From Elainellaceae cyanobacterium (GTDB lineage: Bacteria > Cyanobacteriota > Cyanobacteriia > CAKZMO01): a stretch of 64,000 nucleotides of DNA. The DNA is taken from positions 117 through 64,116 of the forward strand of contig JBHJHJ010000022.1 in NCBI GenBank assembly GCA_050330955.1, written 5' to 3'. A model generated the notes under the pieces. It did not search any database. It saw nothing but the letters and a program-made list of their open reading frames with translations, and had not been told where the DNA came from. Below, piece after piece: positions 41,077 to 50,666 of this stretch (its first letter is position 1; the number at the start of each line of letters is the position of its first letter). A program made the translations under genes and the position numbers.

Positions 41077-41730
41077 ATGCTTCACATCAAAGACCTCGTC
41101 TATCACCCTGCAGTAGCGGCAGAGCCCATTTTACGTCAGGTAAACTTAACTCTAGCCCCGCAGCAGCTCGGCCTTGTGGTGGGGCCGAGCGGGTCTGGGA
41201 AGAGCACCCTGCTGGAAATTCTCGCCGGACTGGCTTCGCCCACCTCGGGTACAGTCTGCTGGCGAAAGCAGCAGCTCTCCAGCGACGACCTGCAGCAGCT
41301 CGGCGGACTGGTATTTCAGTTTCCAGAGCGCTATTTCTGCGGCAGCACCGTCCTCCACGAGCTGCGGCTGGGCCACCCCGACCTCACCACTGACCAAATC
41401 TCAGCGGTGCTAGCCTCGGTAGGCCTGGGGCACTTGCCCCTTGAAACGCCACCCCAGGACCTCAGCGGCGGCCAGCAGCGGCGGCTTTCTCTGGCGGTGC
41501 AGCTCGTGCGCCAGCCCTATTTGCTGCTGCTAGACGAGCCCACCGCCGGACTGGACTGGTCCATGCGCCAGCAGCTCGTGCAGCTTTTAACGAAGCTCAA
41601 GCAGGAGTGGAGCCTGCTCGTGGTCACCCACGACGCCGCCGAGCTGGTGGCGATCGCCGACTGCGCCTGGACCCTGAACCACGGCCAGCTTGCCCCCGCC
41701 GACCCCAATACCCTCCGCCGCGCGGCCTAG
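41077..41730 (+). CDS. ABC transporter ATP-binding protein (small, ECF/cobalt-type-like), with no adjacent permease
   Basis: Walker A GPSGSGKST, signature LSGGQQRRLSLA, Walker B LLLLDEPTAGLD, H-loop VVTHD. 217 aa. Confidence 0.8.
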   Translation: MLHIKDLVYHPAVAAEPILRQVNLTLAPQQLGLVVGPSGSGKSTLLEILAGLASPTSGTVCWRKQQLSSDDLQQLGGLVFQFPERYFCGSTVLHELRLGHPDLTTDQISAVLASVGLGHLPLETPPQDLSGGQQRRLSLAVQLVRQPYLLLLDEPTAGLDWSMRQQLVQLLTKLKQEWSLLVVTHDAAELVAIADCAWTLNHGQLAPADPNTLRRAA

Positions 41731-41759
41731 GGGAATGCCCTTCAGCGTAATGCCCAACC

Positions 41760-42560
41760 GTGATGTCTGCCAGCCCAATGTCCCCATCGTTTAATCCGCC
41801 TCCCGGCCCGGAGCTGCCTACCGCCTGGCCCGCTCTGGTCCGGTCGCCGACCCCAGAACAGCAGCGCGCCTTCCAGCGGCTGTACAACGCCGTCTTGCTG
41901 GGGAATCAGCGGATGAACCTCACCCGCGTCACCACCCCTCAGGACTTTTGGGAAAAGCACCTGTGGGATTCCCTGAGAGGCATTCAGCCCTGGCTGAGCC
42001 TGACCCCAGACGCTCCATGGCATTTACGTCCTCAGGTAGAAAGCCAGGCGGTGATAGATATCGGCAGCGGGGCAGGATTTCCCGGTCTGCCGGTGGCCAT
42101 TACCTGCCCGAGCTGGACGGTGACGCTGCTGGACTCGACCCAAAAGAAAGTTGCGTTCATCAAAGACGCCCTGCAGTACCTTAACTTGGCCAACGCCTCG
42201 GCCCTGGCCGCGCGGGCCGAGGCGTTGGGTCAGACGCCACAGCACCGCGATCACTACGACATCGCCCTGATTCGAGCGGTGGCCCCAGCTGCCGTCTGTG
42301 CGGAATATGCCCTGCCGCTGCTGAAGATAGGAGGCAAGGCAGTTTTATATCGGGGGCAGTGGACTCCTGAGGAAACCGCCCAGCTTGAGTCAGTGGTGCA
42401 GCAGTTGGGGGGTAAAATTTGGCAGGTGGACTCGTTCAAGACGCCGCTAAGCCAGGGCGATCGCCACTGTATTTGGCTCGAAAAGCTCGCCCCAACCCCG
42501 CGTGAATTTCCCCGCGACATCGGCATACCGGCTAAACATCCTTTACGGCCCGCATCTTAG
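41760..42560 (+). CDS. rsmG: 16S rRNA (guanine527-N7)-methyltransferase RsmG (GidB)
   Basis: NQRMNLTRVTTPQDFWEKHLWDSL and the SAM motif IDIGSGAGFPGLPVAI. GTG start. Pro-rich N-terminal extension. Confidence 0.8.
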   Translation: MMSASPMSPSFNPPPGPELPTAWPALVRSPTPEQQRAFQRLYNAVLLGNQRMNLTRVTTPQDFWEKHLWDSLRGIQPWLSLTPDAPWHLRPQVESQAVIDIGSGAGFPGLPVAITCPSWTVTLLDSTQKKVAFIKDALQYLNLANASALAARAEALGQTPQHRDHYDIALIRAVAPAAVCAEYALPLLKIGGKAVLYRGQWTPEETAQLESVVQQLGGKIWQVDSFKTPLSQGDRHCIWLEKLAPTPREFPRDIGIPAKHPLRPAS

Positions 42561-42602
42561 CCGTCTTATTACGCTTTCGCGTCTGCCCGAACGCTTTAGT
42601 TC

Positions 42603-44762
42603 TTGAATCCGTCTACCATGTCCCAACACTGCTCCAAAGGACATCCCAATCCTGACCATGGCCAGTTTTGCTCGGTCTGCGGTATACCGCTGCCTGCGGC
42701 GCAGGAGGTTTCTCCCGCTCCAGAATCTCTTATTGGCTCCCGCTACCGGCTGCAGTATCAGCTTGGGGAGGGGGGCTTTGGCCGCACCTATTTGGCCGAA
42801 GATACTCACCGCTTCAGCGAACTCTGTGTCCTTAAGGAGTTTGCGCCCTACGTCGAGGGGGACGAAGCACTGCAAAAAGCCGAAGTGCTCTTTGAGCGAG
42901 AAGCGGGGGTGCTCTACCAGCTTCAGCACCCCCAAATTCCCACCTTTCGCGAGCTGCTGCGGGCCAATTTTGAGCGGCGCGAGCGGCTGTTCCTCGTGCA
43001 GGACTATGTGGACGGTAAAACCTATCAGGCGTTACTAGACCAGCGGCAGCAGCGCGGTGAGACCTTCACCGAAGGGGAAGTACATCAGTTTTTGCTCAAT
43101 ATTCTACCTGTGCTGGAATATATTCACAGCGTCAACGTCATCCACCGAGACATTTCCCCCGACAATTTGATTATGCGGGCGTCGGACGGGCTGCCGGTGC
43201 TGATTGACTTTGGCGGCGTCAAGCAGGTGGTTTCTGCCGTAGCGAACCCGGCCTCAGTCACCCTAGTGGGTAAAGCTGGCTTCGCGCCCGCCGAGCAGAT
43301 CCAGTACGGGCAGACCTATCCCCACAGCGACCTCTACGCCCTGGCTGCGACGGCCTTAGTGCTGCTCACAGGGCAGCCTGCCCATATCCTCCTGGCTGAA
43401 TCCCCCAACGCCTGGCTGCAGCACGTGCATGTGGCGCCTCGGCTCGCGGTCACCCTCTCGAAAATGCTGGCGGAGGACCCCCGCGATCGCTTCCAGACGG
43501 CGAAGCAGGTGCGTGTTGCCCTCAGCCCTGAGACCGACAGCGCCGCCCGCTACCATCACAGCGCCGCGACGAATCGACAGCGCCCGTCCGCAGCCCGGTC
43601 CTCAGCACCAGCTTCAGCCCCGGTTTCAGTGGCTTCTAGGGCCCCAGAAGCTGCCTCGGGCTGGCGCAACGCCATCATCGTGCTCATGGCAGTTGTTATG
43701 GCTGCCCTGGGAAGCTGGGCTGGCTATCGCCTGCTGCCGGAGCGCGTCTTCCAGTCTGAAGAGAACGCCGAATCGGATGAACAGACGCGGCGTGCCAATC
43801 TGCAGACGCGGCGGGCAGACCTCGGCATAGATTCCAGCTTTCTGGTCAGCATTACAGACCGGGCGTTTTACGCGCGCTATCCTGAGCAGCAGGGCCGGAC
43901 CTTAACCGACGCCCCAGAGGATGCCGAATGGCGCGATCGCTGGGACGCGATCGCCAACGAGTGGCTTACCCTGTTTGAAGCCCAGCTCAGCCCCCAGGCG
44001 CGGCAGGGGTTAGGCAGCTTCACTCCGGCCGATTTAGACCGCTGGACTCAGGCTGTCAATCAGCTCTTGGTGGGTCGACGGGCCCTGAACGACCTCACCA
44101 ATGCAAAATTCTTTCAGCTCTTTCCGCAACAGCGGGGCGAGCCAATCTTTGAGCAGCCCATTGGCCAAATCTGGTACGGCTTAGCGCTGGATCAGCTTGC
44201 GGCGCTGCAGTCCAACGAAACCCTATCCCGGCTGGACTTTGAGGGCAACTTTCGTCAGCAGGACAGCGTCTTGCTTGCCCCAGGGATGGGCCACGTCCAT
44301 GTGATGGAGCTCTCTGAGGGGGACCTGCTTCGGCTGAACCTGCAGGCGCCCCAAGGCAAGACGCGGCTGTCAATTTATTTGCCTAGCCCCACCGATGAGC
44401 AGCCCGCCCTGCTAGAGGGCTCCCGCAACGTCACCTGGTCGGGGCGGCTTCCCCAGACGGGCGCCTACGAGGTGGTGGTCATTTCAACTGCTGCAGATAC
44501 CATCTCCTATCAGCTCACGGCCTCGGTGGATGTGGTGACCCAGCCCGAGGCTCCCCCGGAAGACACAGCAGACGACTCACCGGAGCCCCCCGACGACGCT
44601 AGACCGGCTGATGTTGAATCCCCCGATTCTGGACCCTCTAATTCTGGAGCGCCTGGGCCAGACTCCCCCGAGGCAGCACCCCCTGACCCTGCACCGAACC
44701 CGCCCTCAGCGCCAGAAACTTCAGAACCAAGCCCCAGGGACGAACCATCCACCCCCCCATAA
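42603..44762 (+). CDS. Ser/Thr protein kinase with an N-terminal zinc ribbon, a TM helix, a periplasmic domain and a Pro-rich tail
   Basis: CSKGHPNPDHGQFCSVCG. Kinase subdomains LGEGGFGRTYLA, HRDISPDNLIM, DFG. TM IIVLMAVVMAALGSWAGY. C-terminal PEPP/PAP-rich tail. Confidence 0.85.
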   Translation: MNPSTMSQHCSKGHPNPDHGQFCSVCGIPLPAAQEVSPAPESLIGSRYRLQYQLGEGGFGRTYLAEDTHRFSELCVLKEFAPYVEGDEALQKAEVLFEREAGVLYQLQHPQIPTFRELLRANFERRERLFLVQDYVDGKTYQALLDQRQQRGETFTEGEVHQFLLNILPVLEYIHSVNVIHRDISPDNLIMRASDGLPVLIDFGGVKQVVSAVANPASVTLVGKAGFAPAEQIQYGQTYPHSDLYALAATALVLLTGQPAHILLAESPNAWLQHVHVAPRLAVTLSKMLAEDPRDRFQTAKQVRVALSPETDSAARYHHSAATNRQRPSAARSSAPASAPVSVASRAPEAASGWRNAIIVLMAVVMAALGSWAGYRLLPERVFQSEENAESDEQTRRANLQTRRADLGIDSSFLVSITDRAFYARYPEQQGRTLTDAPEDAEWRDRWDAIANEWLTLFEAQLSPQARQGLGSFTPADLDRWTQAVNQLLVGRRALNDLTNAKFFQLFPQQRGEPIFEQPIGQIWYGLALDQLAALQSNETLSRLDFEGNFRQQDSVLLAPGMGHVHVMELSEGDLLRLNLQAPQGKTRLSIYLPSPTDEQPALLEGSRNVTWSGRLPQTGAYEVVVISTAADTISYQLTASVDVVTQPEAPPEDTADDSPEPPDDARPADVESPDSGPSNSGAPGPDSPEAAPPDPAPNPPSAPETSEPSPRDEPSTPP

Positions 44763-44796
44763 ACGCAGCCCCAATGCATAGCCAGGCCAACAGCCC

Positions 44797-47700
44797 CTAC
44801 CATTTCAGATAGCCGTCCCCATCCCCCTCCAAAACCTCAGCCACCTGAGCCCAAAACGCCTCGTTGCGGTATTCGCTGCAGACCCGAGCTAAATTGCCGA
44901 GGGAGGTCTGCCGCCCAGTTTCATCCTGAAACTCTGCCGTGATGCGCAGGTCCTCCAGATACGACTCCGCTGCCGTGGGCCAGTCTCCCTGGTCCTCTGC
45001 GACGCGACCGAGCTGGGAATAGACCTGCGCTTGGTTATAGCGATCGCCATAGGCCATGTAGATGGTGAGGGCCTGATTGAGATACTCATTGGCCTGCTGC
45101 CAGCGGCGCCGCTCCCGCGCCAAAACCCCGAGCTGAAAATAAGCGCGGGCCTGGCTGGCGCGATCGCCCGCGTCTAGGTAGAGCTTGAGGGCCTGACGGC
45201 AGTGGTCGATGGCCTGCTGCCACTGCCGCTGGGCCTGCATCACGACGCTCAGATTGTAGTAGGTGCGGGCCTGGCTGGCGCTATCGCCGCACTCCAGGTA
45301 AATTTCCAGGGCTTGGCTGTAGTGGTCCGCCGCTTGCTGCCACTGCTGCTCCTCCTGGGTAATGATCCCTAGGCTGTGGTGGGTGCGGGCCTGATTAGCG
45401 CGATCGCCATATTCCAGATAGATTTCCAGGGCTTTGCCGTAGTCATCTACCGCTTGCTGCCACTGCCGCTGCTCCTGGGCGATGGTGCCCAAATGGGTGT
45501 ACAGCCGAGCTTGGTCTGCGCGGTTGCCGTATTTAATTTTGATCGCCACCGCCTGATTGAAGTAGTCTACGGCTTGCTGCCACTGGCGTTGCTCCTGGGC
45601 CACCATGCCAAGCTGATGGTAGGTATTGGCCTGACCTGGAAAATCGCCATACTCAATTTTGATGGTGAGGGCCTGTTTAAAGTAGTCTATGGCCTGCTGC
45701 CACTGCCACTGCTCCTGGGCCACAACCCCAAGCTGATGATAAGTGCAGGCCTGACCATAGGGATCCCCGTACTTAGTCTTGAGGGTAAGGGCCTGGTTGA
45801 AGTTGTCTACGGCCTGCTGCCACTGGCGCTGCTTTTGCGCTACGATGCCGAGCTGATGAAAGCTTACGGCCCTCAGCTTGACCTGTCTAAACTGTTCGTC
45901 AATTTTGGTCAGCGCTTCGGCAAGGGTAATCGCCTCCCAATAGAGTTGCTCTGCCGCGGCGTAGTCTTTGGACAGGAGCCGGCAGGTGGCGAGGTCCCCT
46001 GTAACCATCGCCATATCTATCCCCAGCTGGCCTGTCTTCAAGTCTGCAGCATACTGGGCCTGGGTGTCGTAGACATGCTGGGATAGCTTTGACCAGCCGT
46101 CGGTATTATTGCCAATTCTTAAACAGTCCCTTAAGCAGTAAAACGCCTCAATGGTGTCCTGCTCATCCAGGCAAATCTGTAGCGTTTTCTGTAGGTTTTC
46201 ATATTCCAAACGGCAGCAGGCCAGGCCGGTTTGGCGCTCCTGCCGCTGTTTTGAGTTCATCAATTTTCGGTAGTGGTTTCCCCGCTCTTTGTAATAGGCC
46301 TTGTACGCCTGCCGCAGCTCCACTTGGGTCTTATTGTCTAAGGCTTTTAGTTTGGTGTCGATTAGGTGGCGAAATAGGGGTTGAATTGTCAGCATCTGGG
46401 GCATCTTTTTGCCCACGGGAGAGAGCAGGCCCTGGGCGATCGCCTCATCAAGGGCGAGATCAAACTGCTCAAACGAATTGTCTTGAAATGCCGCCTGCTG
46501 CTGCAGCTTTCGAATGTAGCGCGGCAGTAAATCTCGCCTGAGCACAGACTGAAACGGCGCCAGGCACAGCAGCAGTCTCCGCATATCCGGCGAGAGATCG
46601 CTGTGGAAGTAGGCCACCTGCTGGGCGAGGCGATGGGCCAACGGGTCTCTTGGATTAGCTTGCCCCCCGTTGGCTATCTCATTGTGCCCCTGGTTTAGCA
46701 CTTCTGCGGATGCGAGCCCTGCCGCCGCCTGCAGCGTCGCCAAGACCTGCTCCGGCGTCTGCCGCTGCAGGTCTGCCAAAATCACCTCCATGGCCAGCGG
46801 GTAACCGGCTAGCAGCGTCATCAGCCGCTGAAAGGCTGGGTTCCGCTGGAGCGCCGCGATCGCCTTTTTGCCGTTGCCCCGGTGGCGCAAAATTCGCTCA
46901 GTCAGCTGCGATCGCGCGTCAGGGTCTAGCCCTTTAAGCCCGTAGCGGTTGACGCCGCTGGGAGTATCGAGCACAGCGGTCAACCACTGCTCCCGGCTGC
47001 GGGACCCCAGCACAACTTTCGTCTGGCCGCCCTTGAGCTGACTCAAAAAAGCTTTCAACGCCTGCTGCTGATCAGGGGTGAGGGTATTTTGAGTCAATAG
47101 GGGCTGCCCCGTCACCGACTCTAGATTGTCGAGGATCAGGGCGTAGGGGTGGGTTCTGAGAAATTCGCTCAGCTTGGCCATTTTTTCTGACGGCGCCAAG
47201 GCCTGAAATTTGGCGGCCTCATTTGGGGCATAGATCTGCTGGCCTACGGCAGATACGATTTGGGCCACCGTCCAAGCCCGCTCGTCATACCCGAAATAGA
47301 GCACTTTCTCAGCGAAGCGGGTGGTCTGCCACCACTGCCGCAGGTAGTGCAGCAGCGTTGTCTTACCCGCGCCCCCCACCCCCTGCAGCAAAACCACATT
47401 GTGACGGTGTAGCGAGCGCTCAAGGGCCAGAATGTCGAGGTCGCGCCCGACAAAGCCCGCGGTCAGTGCATCCAAGCGATCGCGACTCCTGCGGGCCTTG
47501 AGTTGCGCCTCCGCTTCTTCAGACGTAAGCTCTCGCAGGTTCAGATCCACCGCGCCATCACAGTAGACCGCGGGCAAGGGCCAGTCTGCCAACGCCGCTT
47601 GGCCCCCGTGGGCGCGACGCTTGCGGAGATAGAGCTCTCGCCGTGCGGCGCAAATGGCAACCGGGATGGCCTCCTGGCTGAGCAATTGGGTGTAGAACTG

Positions 47701-48756
47701 CGCGATGAAAGCCGTTGCCGCCAACACCGTTGCTGAGTCACCCGGAGCCACTACCGTCGGCAGGCCGGCCCCCAGCATGCACCTGGCAGCCTCCGCTGTC
47801 AGAGGGCTAAAGAGGCCACCCCCATCGCCCCCAGGGTTCGGGGCACCCCCATCTGAGAACACAACTTCCGACTGACCGGTGCTGAGCACGCACACCGGCA
47901 CCCCCTGATTCTTTAGCAGCGTGGCTAGGGTTTGGGCCTCAACAAGAACGGCCTGGCCATCATGCCCTTCTAATGCCAAATAAGCCTTTTGGCTGTCTTC
48001 CCCCGCCTCTGAGCCGTCTTCTACAAGGCCTGCGATAATCTCGGGGCAGGCCGGTGTCTTCTGCAGCGCTTGCAGTGCCTCGCGGGTAAGCAGCGCCCCA
48101 GGGGCATCGATCTGAACCACGTGGTAAGCACCTTTCCTTGCCTCTAGTTGGGCCTGCAGCGCCGCGTAGGTGGCGGGACGCAGCAGCTCAATTTCAACGG
48201 GCAGCTTATCCGATTCGATGGCCTCAATCAGCGGACGGGCCATGGTTTGGTGCCCCAGCGCCGTTGCCGGTCGCGCCGTCACCAGCAGCAGCTTTAAATA
48301 GGGCGATGGTGCCATATCACTGCGTCTGGCTTTTGGCGGGGCCAGCCGCCGGACCAGGGGCCCCTGCACCGCTAAGGGCTCGTCTTGGTCCGGATCCCAC
48401 AGGGTCTCCCAAGGTAGGGCCTGAAACTGAGGCGAGGGGCTCTCAATGCTGATCTCGATTTCGCTGCGATCGCGGAGGTAACAGTATTGGCTGTAGACCT
48501 GGTCATTGCGGCGAAAGACCTGCCAGAACAGCTTTTCGCCACAGGCCTTGATACTGCCTTTGACCCGCGCTGCTTGGTCTTTTTCCGTAACGGAAGCGCG
48601 ACTCCGCTGCTTGAAGTACAAAGAGAGGTCGGTCTCTTCTTCTGCATTAAAGGGATTCGCCACTGTGATGGGGTGGTCGCCGCTGCCGTTAAAGCTCACA
48701 GTGGCCTCGAAGCCTTGATCGGTCTGTTTGCGATCGCGAATTGTAATGCTAGGCAT
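44797..48756 (-). CDS. STAND-class NTPase: N-terminal CHAT-like domain lacking the catalytic His and Cys, NB-ARC-type P-loop ATPase, eight C-terminal 40-aa TPR-like repeats
   Basis: CHAT-like LPWETLWDP block. Where CHAT has HFxGHG and LSAC, this protein has QIDAPG and VLSTGQ. Walker A LLQGVGGAGKTTLL and Walker B YALILDNLE. Repeats of the form YHQLGxVAQEQRQWQQAxDYFxQAL...YGD. Confidence 0.8.
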   Translation of the reverse strand: MPSITIRDRKQTDQGFEATVSFNGSGDHPITVANPFNAEEETDLSLYFKQRSRASVTEKDQAARVKGSIKACGEKLFWQVFRRNDQVYSQYCYLRDRSEIEISIESPSPQFQALPWETLWDPDQDEPLAVQGPLVRRLAPPKARRSDMAPSPYLKLLLVTARPATALGHQTMARPLIEAIESDKLPVEIELLRPATYAALQAQLEARKGAYHVVQIDAPGALLTREALQALQKTPACPEIIAGLVEDGSEAGEDSQKAYLALEGHDGQAVLVEAQTLATLLKNQGVPVCVLSTGQSEVVFSDGGAPNPGGDGGGLFSPLTAEAARCMLGAGLPTVVAPGDSATVLAATAFIAQFYTQLLSQEAIPVAICAARRELYLRKRRAHGGQAALADWPLPAVYCDGAVDLNLRELTSEEAEAQLKARRSRDRLDALTAGFVGRDLDILALERSLHRHNVVLLQGVGGAGKTTLLHYLRQWWQTTRFAEKVLYFGYDERAWTVAQIVSAVGQQIYAPNEAAKFQALAPSEKMAKLSEFLRTHPYALILDNLESVTGQPLLTQNTLTPDQQQALKAFLSQLKGGQTKVVLGSRSREQWLTAVLDTPSGVNRYGLKGLDPDARSQLTERILRHRGNGKKAIAALQRNPAFQRLMTLLAGYPLAMEVILADLQRQTPEQVLATLQAAAGLASAEVLNQGHNEIANGGQANPRDPLAHRLAQQVAYFHSDLSPDMRRLLLCLAPFQSVLRRDLLPRYIRKLQQQAAFQDNSFEQFDLALDEAIAQGLLSPVGKKMPQMLTIQPLFRHLIDTKLKALDNKTQVELRQAYKAYYKERGNHYRKLMNSKQRQERQTGLACCRLEYENLQKTLQICLDEQDTIEAFYCLRDCLRIGNNTDGWSKLSQHVYDTQAQYAADLKTGQLGIDMAMVTGDLATCRLLSKDYAAAEQLYWEAITLAEALTKIDEQFRQVKLRAVSFHQLGIVAQKQRQWQQAVDNFNQALTLKTKYGDPYGQACTYHQLGVVAQEQWQWQQAIDYFKQALTIKIEYGDFPGQANTYHQLGMVAQEQRQWQQAVDYFNQAVAIKIKYGNRADQARLYTHLGTIAQEQRQWQQAVDDYGKALEIYLEYGDRANQARTHHSLGIITQEEQQWQQAADHYSQALEIYLECGDSASQARTYYNLSVVMQAQRQWQQAIDHCRQALKLYLDAGDRASQARAYFQLGVLARERRRWQQANEYLNQALTIYMAYGDRYNQAQVYSQLGRVAEDQGDWPTAAESYLEDLRITAEFQDETGRQTSLGNLARVCSEYRNEAFWAQVAEVLEGDGDGYLKW
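44980..45930 (-). repeat. Tandem repeat of about 120 bp (about 8 copies) inside the STAND gene, encoding its TPR-like repeats
   Basis: CTGCTGCCACTG(C/G)CGCTGCTCCTGGG recurs at about 45102, 45222, 45342, 45462, 45582, 45702 and 45822, a period of 120 bp. Confidence 0.8.
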
Positions 48757-48800
48757 GGGATTCAGCCCGGGGGCGCTTCAAAGGACTTGGGGGTTAGCAG

Positions 48801-49253
48801 TTGCCCTGGTGCATTGGGACACCTGCGCAATTTGTAGAGGGGTTTTCCACTCTTTGCGCGCGTTTTTTGAGTCTTCAGGATTGCTTCCGGCTGAGAGGGG
48901 GGAAACAGGTAGAGACTGTTCTATACAAAATCGCTAGAAGTTTTATTAACTCAGCACTTGCCGCGACAGCAACAGCGCCTAAGTTTGTGCCGCAGCCCTG
49001 GCGCGATCGCACTAAGTCGACGGCGTCGCGCAACTTTAACGCAATCCTGCGAGTTTTGGACTCCCTGCAGTTGACCGACCACTACAAAGTGGCCACGCTC
49101 GTGGACTGGCAGGACAGCGACGACGTGGTGGTGGTGCGCGACGACGTGGTGGTGGTGCCCAGCATCTCTACCGAAGACGCTCGCCAGAAGTTCCAAAAAG
49201 GGGTGACTGAGATCAAGCCCTACCTGCGGCTGACCCCTCAGCCGAATCGATAG
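48801..49253 (+). CDS. Hypothetical ORF (TTG start), doubtful. It contains a perfect 21-bp tandem duplication.
   Basis: Open frame with no recognisable domain. GACGACGTGGTGGTGGTGCGC occurs twice in tandem at 49121-49162 (DDVVVVRDDVVVV). Confidence 0.2.
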   Translation: MPWCIGTPAQFVEGFSTLCARFLSLQDCFRLRGGKQVETVLYKIARSFINSALAATATAPKFVPQPWRDRTKSTASRNFNAILRVLDSLQLTDHYKVATLVDWQDSDDVVVVRDDVVVVPSISTEDARQKFQKGVTEIKPYLRLTPQPNR

Positions 49254-49311
49254 AGCTGTTGGGGGGAGCGACTCCTCCTGCGCCAACCGAACCACTCACG
49301 AGGTCAATCAA

Positions 49312-49777
49312 ATGAACACCAAGACAACTTGTACAAATCTGGAACTCATTTCTGTAGACCGACGTTGTCCCAACAATGGTTGGTTCGAGAGACTTCGTCA
49401 GCTTGCGGCTTATTTCCTCCGGATTCTGACCGCTATGGATCAGCTCAGAGTGCGGCTATATCCGGGTGCCTGAGGTACCTGATGTCAGCCTCATGGTGGT
49501 GTCAGGCAGCATTGCCCGCATTAACATCGGTCCCACCTCTGATCTGCGCACTGCCGAAGGTGCTAGCGTGGGCGATTCTGAGGCGCAGCTTTACAGCCTT
49601 TACCCTGATCAGGTTGAGGCGGAACTCCACGAATTTACCTTAGGCCGCTATCTCACCGTGCCCGACCCCGGTCGACCCAGCATTTCGTCTGGTGTTTGAG
49701 ACGGATCAGCAGGGCGTCGTGCAGCAATATCGCGCTGGAATTTTATCTCCGGTGGGCTGGATTGAGGGATGCGTGTG
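49312..49777 (+). pseudogene. Possible frameshifted gene remnant
   Basis: A protein-like translation (..SGSIARINIGPTSDLRTAEGASVGDSEAQLYSLYPDQVEAELHEF..GRPSISSGV) stops at 49699 and continues sensibly in the +1 frame (ETDQQGVVQQYRAGILSPVGWIEGC). An upstream segment sits in a third frame. Confidence 0.2.
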
Positions 49778-49892
49778 ATGGTCATGGGCCTGCCTAAATA
49801 AGTATTTTTGTACTACAATTGGACACAAGCCCCTGCTGCGGTATAATTCGCCAATCCATAGGCCCTGCCGTGGGCCACACAGGACCCCTTCC

Positions 49893-50663
49893 ATGGCAAT
49901 CATTGCCCTCAAAGCCTGGTACCTAGCTGAATACGAGCCCATCCGTGAGCTAGAAGAGCGTCCCCACGACCTGCGCCTCAGCCGCAACAGTCTACTGAAA
50001 TCTGGTCTGCGGGCCGACTTCCTAGACGAGGCTGATGCCGTGCGGCGCTCTGACTGGTTTGAGCGCTACCTCAGCGGGGAGCCAGTGGAGTTTTACATTG
50101 AGGGCAGCGGCGGCTATCGGGTGGCCAACGTGGACCTGATCAGCCATGAAATCTACTTCTCCAAGCAGGAGGTGATGGCGAGTCTAGAACCCACCGTCTT
50201 CTTCTCCTACCAAACCGACTATTCGGCGTCAGGCGACCTGCTGCGGGATGAGCTCAACCGCGTAGTGGATAAACTCAACGAGCGATCGCGCCTTTCCCTG
50301 CAGCTTGAAGAGTCCAACCGACTGGCCGACGGACCCGCTCGCCTCACCAGCAATCTCATGCGCAAAATTAACCAGTGTCTCTTGTTCGTGGCGGACGGTA
50401 CCCCTATTCATCAAATCGACGGCGACCCGCCCCGCCTCATCCCGAGCCCGGAGGTGTGCGTCGAGCTGGGCTACGCGCTACACAGCAAGCGCCCTGAGCA
50501 GGTGCTGCTGCTCCACATGGAGCGCTCTGAGGATTTGGGACCTTACCCATTTGACCTGCCCAATCGCTACCGGCTCTCGTTTCGCAACCAGAAGGAGCTG
50601 CGCAAGGCGCTGCCAGAGGCCATCGAAGGTCAGCTGCGGCGGTTTCAGTTGTTCAATAGCTAG
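49893..50663 (+). CDS. Two-domain protein: unknown N-terminal domain plus a C-terminal TIR-like flavodoxin-fold domain (MTH538/DUF1863- or nucleoside-2-deoxyribosyltransferase-like)
   Basis: TVFFSYQTDYSASGDLLRDEL resembles the first strand of TIR-like domains (vFiSY..D). SPEVCVELGYALHSKRPEQVLLL matches the S.W(C/V)..E(L/I)G.A...KP..l block of TIR-like and NDT-like domains. Confidence 0.55.
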   Translation: MAIIALKAWYLAEYEPIRELEERPHDLRLSRNSLLKSGLRADFLDEADAVRRSDWFERYLSGEPVEFYIEGSGGYRVANVDLISHEIYFSKQEVMASLEPTVFFSYQTDYSASGDLLRDELNRVVDKLNERSRLSLQLEESNRLADGPARLTSNLMRKINQCLLFVADGTPIHQIDGDPPRLIPSPEVCVELGYALHSKRPEQVLLLHMERSEDLGPYPFDLPNRYRLSFRNQKELRKALPEAIEGQLRRFQLFNS

Positions 50664-50666
50664 CCC

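Noticed and set aside
45376-46086. 236-aa plus-strand ORF
   Set aside because: Antisense to the 120-bp TPR tandem repeats of the STAND gene. Its repetitive translation is a mirror artefact.
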